DNA of 64,000 bases from Hydrolagus colliei. Taxonomy: Eukaryota. Under the pieces are notes generated by a model, which was not told where the DNA came from, did no database searches, and saw only the letters and a list, made by a program, of their open reading frames with translations. Numbering within the stretch: the first letter of the stretch is position 1; each line of letters opens with the position of its first letter. This document shows positions 61,735 to 64,000 of the stretch, piece after piece. The translations under genes were made by a program, and so were the position numbers. The DNA is taken from NCBI GenBank assembly GCA_035084275.1, contig CM068769.1:434001-498000 (forward strand). Direction: 5' to 3'.

Positions 61735-62555
61735 GGACATCGGTCCCTGCCAGCCTCAATATCCAAGGCTGTACTCTCCACCACACAAAGCCAGTCAGGA
61801 ACCTCGGCATCACGTTCAACGAAAAACTCTCCTTCCTCCCCCACATCCGTGCCTTGACCGGAACCGCTTATTTCCTCCTGCGCAATATTGCCAGGCTCCG
61901 CAATTATCTTACCCCCATGCTGCCGAAACACTCGTGCACGCATACATCACCTCAAGACTGGACTACGGAAACTCTCTCCTCGTCGGCCTCCCCAGCTCCT
62001 CCATTCACAGGCTGCAGGTCACCCAAAACTCCGCAGCCCGTGTATTATCCCGCACCCGCCTCCGCGAACATATAACCCCCACTCTCGCCCATCTCCACTG
62101 GCTCCGCATCCTCCAGAGGATCGAGTTCAAGATTCTCGTCTTCACCTTCAAGGCCTTACACGACCTTGCCCCGCACTATTTCACCGAATTACTCTCCCCC
62201 TACAAGCCCACCCGGACCCTCCGTTCAGCAGGACTTAGCTTGCTCGAAGTCCCCCTGCCGAACCTCCCCACCATCGGAGGCCGGGCCTTCAGTTTTTCTT
62301 CTCCGTCCCTATGGAAGTACATCCCCCAATCTCTCCTTCTCGTTTCTTCCCTTTCCTCTTTCAAGGACGGTTTGAAGACTTTCCTCTTCGACCGTGCCTT
62401 TTGTTCCACCCCGAATTCTTCGACCTCCCCTACTTGTTTCACCCCTTCCCGTACACTCCCATCTCAGCTCGGGTCACACGCCTCCTGTCAAGCACCTTGG
62501 GACGTCCTCCCGACGTGAATGGCGCTTTATAAGTGTAATTTGTTGTTGTTGTTGA
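61735..62555 (+). mobile_element. L2 LINE 3' portion
   Basis: [29 protein letters not shown] and [14 protein letters not shown] motifs, with the 3' tail. Confidence 0.88.
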
Positions 62556-62899
62556 TGTTTCTCTCTCCCATAAATACACAGTAAAATTACTTGACAATGT
62601 ATTCTGTGAAGCGCTTTGAATCGCTTAGAGTAGACGTGAAAAGCGATATAGCGAATGCAAGTATTATTATCATTACTGCTGTTATTATCCACATGTCTTA
62701 ATTCTAACAAACATGTATCACAATCTTCTATCGGTTGATTAATAAAAACATATAATACAGAGATAGTGATGCATTTCTTTTTCTTTAATTGTCTTGATAT
62801 GAAGTAAATAAAGTGTAAGCTGTGGGGACAGTTAGCTTATGGTTTGTTACATGGTGTCTCACTGCTCTTTACTGATTCCCAGCGTTTGGTTGTGATGAG

Positions 62900-62938
62900 G
62901 GTTATTGTACGAGGCTTCCTATGATGTGTATCACTGTG
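62900..62938 (-). other. V(D)J recombination signal sequence, 23-bp spacer
   Basis: CACAGTG (62938-62932), then the 23-nt spacer ATACACATCATAGGAAGCCTCGT, then ACAATAACC (62908-62900), which is one mismatch from ACAAAAACC. Confidence 0.93.
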
Positions 62939-63234
62939 GTGCAGACTGACTACACAGTGATACATAGCGGAGTCTGGTAGCTGCAGGCTGGCGATGGTGA
63001 AATGGCTGATTTTTTTGGCAGTGTCAAGAGAAGCAGAAATATGATCTCCAGTGGGGTTTCCTCCCTCTCCCAAAGGGCTTCTGTGGAGAAGGTATATCGG
63101 TGCCTCACCAGGGAACTGACAGTACCAGGAGACAATTAAATCCTGTCCACAGAATCCTGAGTATTGGCATTGTAAATCCACTCTCCCTCCAGCAATAGCC
63201 TTTATTTCAGGCGGTGACTGAGTAATTATCGATC
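62939..63234 (-). CDS. Germline TCR alpha/delta-type V gene segment, resembling the NAR-TCR supporting V-delta
   Basis: Acceptor cacgtag|GA, then an open Ig V domain: SIITQSPPEIKAIAGGRVDLQCQYSGFCGQDLIVSWYCQFPGEAPIYLLHR...ISASLDTAKKISHFTIASLQLPDSAMYHCVVSL. It has the canonical C-W-C, an extra CDR1 Cys, and is followed directly by an RSS. Confidence 0.85.
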
Positions 63235-64000
63235 CTACGTGGAGGATATCACAGCATAGTGAGCATTGCAATGTCGTAGCATTGTACAGCAATGAAGGAG
63301 AACATTAGGAGAATTGTTTATATGCCAGCTCTTTGGGGCAACTGTCCAACTTTTCCCACTCCCATTGTTGCCCCATATTCTTGACACATTTTGCTTCTGC
63401 ATTACTCCACCTGTCCATTTCCACTTTAAAATGGATTGTTTAACATGCTTATGCAAGAATATCAGGGAGCGCGTTGCCGATTATCATAACTTTGAAATTT
63501 ATAACAAATTCTCTTGTTCTCCCGTTTGTTTCTTTTTTAAAAAAAACTTTAAAACACATGTCCTTTGATTACTGGCCAATGGAAACAGTTTCTATGCTCC
63601 ACTTTTATCAGATACTATTTTAACATTCATTGCGCTCAAGATAAATTGATCTCTTTGTATATGTCAATTGCTTCTTTGCTGTAACCATTCTATTAAATCG
63701 TCTTTCAATAATGTCCAAGACTTTAATATCCTTCTTACCCTGTCAATAAAAGACACTTTAGATCCACTTTTCATCTAAACCATACAGTTACTCTAATAAT
63801 AATACTTGCATTTGTTATAGCGCTTTTCATGTCCTCCAGCCGCCTCAAAAACCTTCAAAGAATATACTGTAAAGTGAATTGACTATACGTGAGTGGACGA
63901 AGCGCGGCACCCGAACAATAATAATACTATTATTACTGTTTTAATATAGGCGCTTTTCGCAACTTATCGACGTCACAAAGCGCTTCACAGAATACACTGT

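Overview
Vertebrate genomic DNA, most likely a cartilaginous fish. This is inferred from the GPR139-like receptor family, a NAR-TCR-type V segment and the SINE/L2/CR1 repeat mix. The window is repeat-rich and has six N gaps. I reconstructed the genes by hand from splice sites, because the ORF track misses them. On the minus strand are: an intact two-exon GPR139-like GPCR (5061->3486); an intact 12-coding-exon DAP3 (37539->30883, 398 aa); an MSTO1/misato copy (27168->21455) with only exons 1-8, a compensating frameshift pair in exon 2 and a broken exon 7; a rearranged GPR139-like pseudogene (~57870->57226); and a T-cell-receptor-type V segment with a 23-spacer RSS, no visible leader and a CDR1 cysteine (63234->62900). 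On the plus strand is an SRCR pseudo-exon. Also present are two decayed tRNA genes, hAT and Tc1/mariner-type DNA transposons with visible TSDs, a long L2 LINE, and many SINEs and minisatellites. Four long near-perfect inverted repeats sit at apparent rearrangement junctions. All protein-family assignments come from motif recognition and recalled orthologue sequences, not from database searches.
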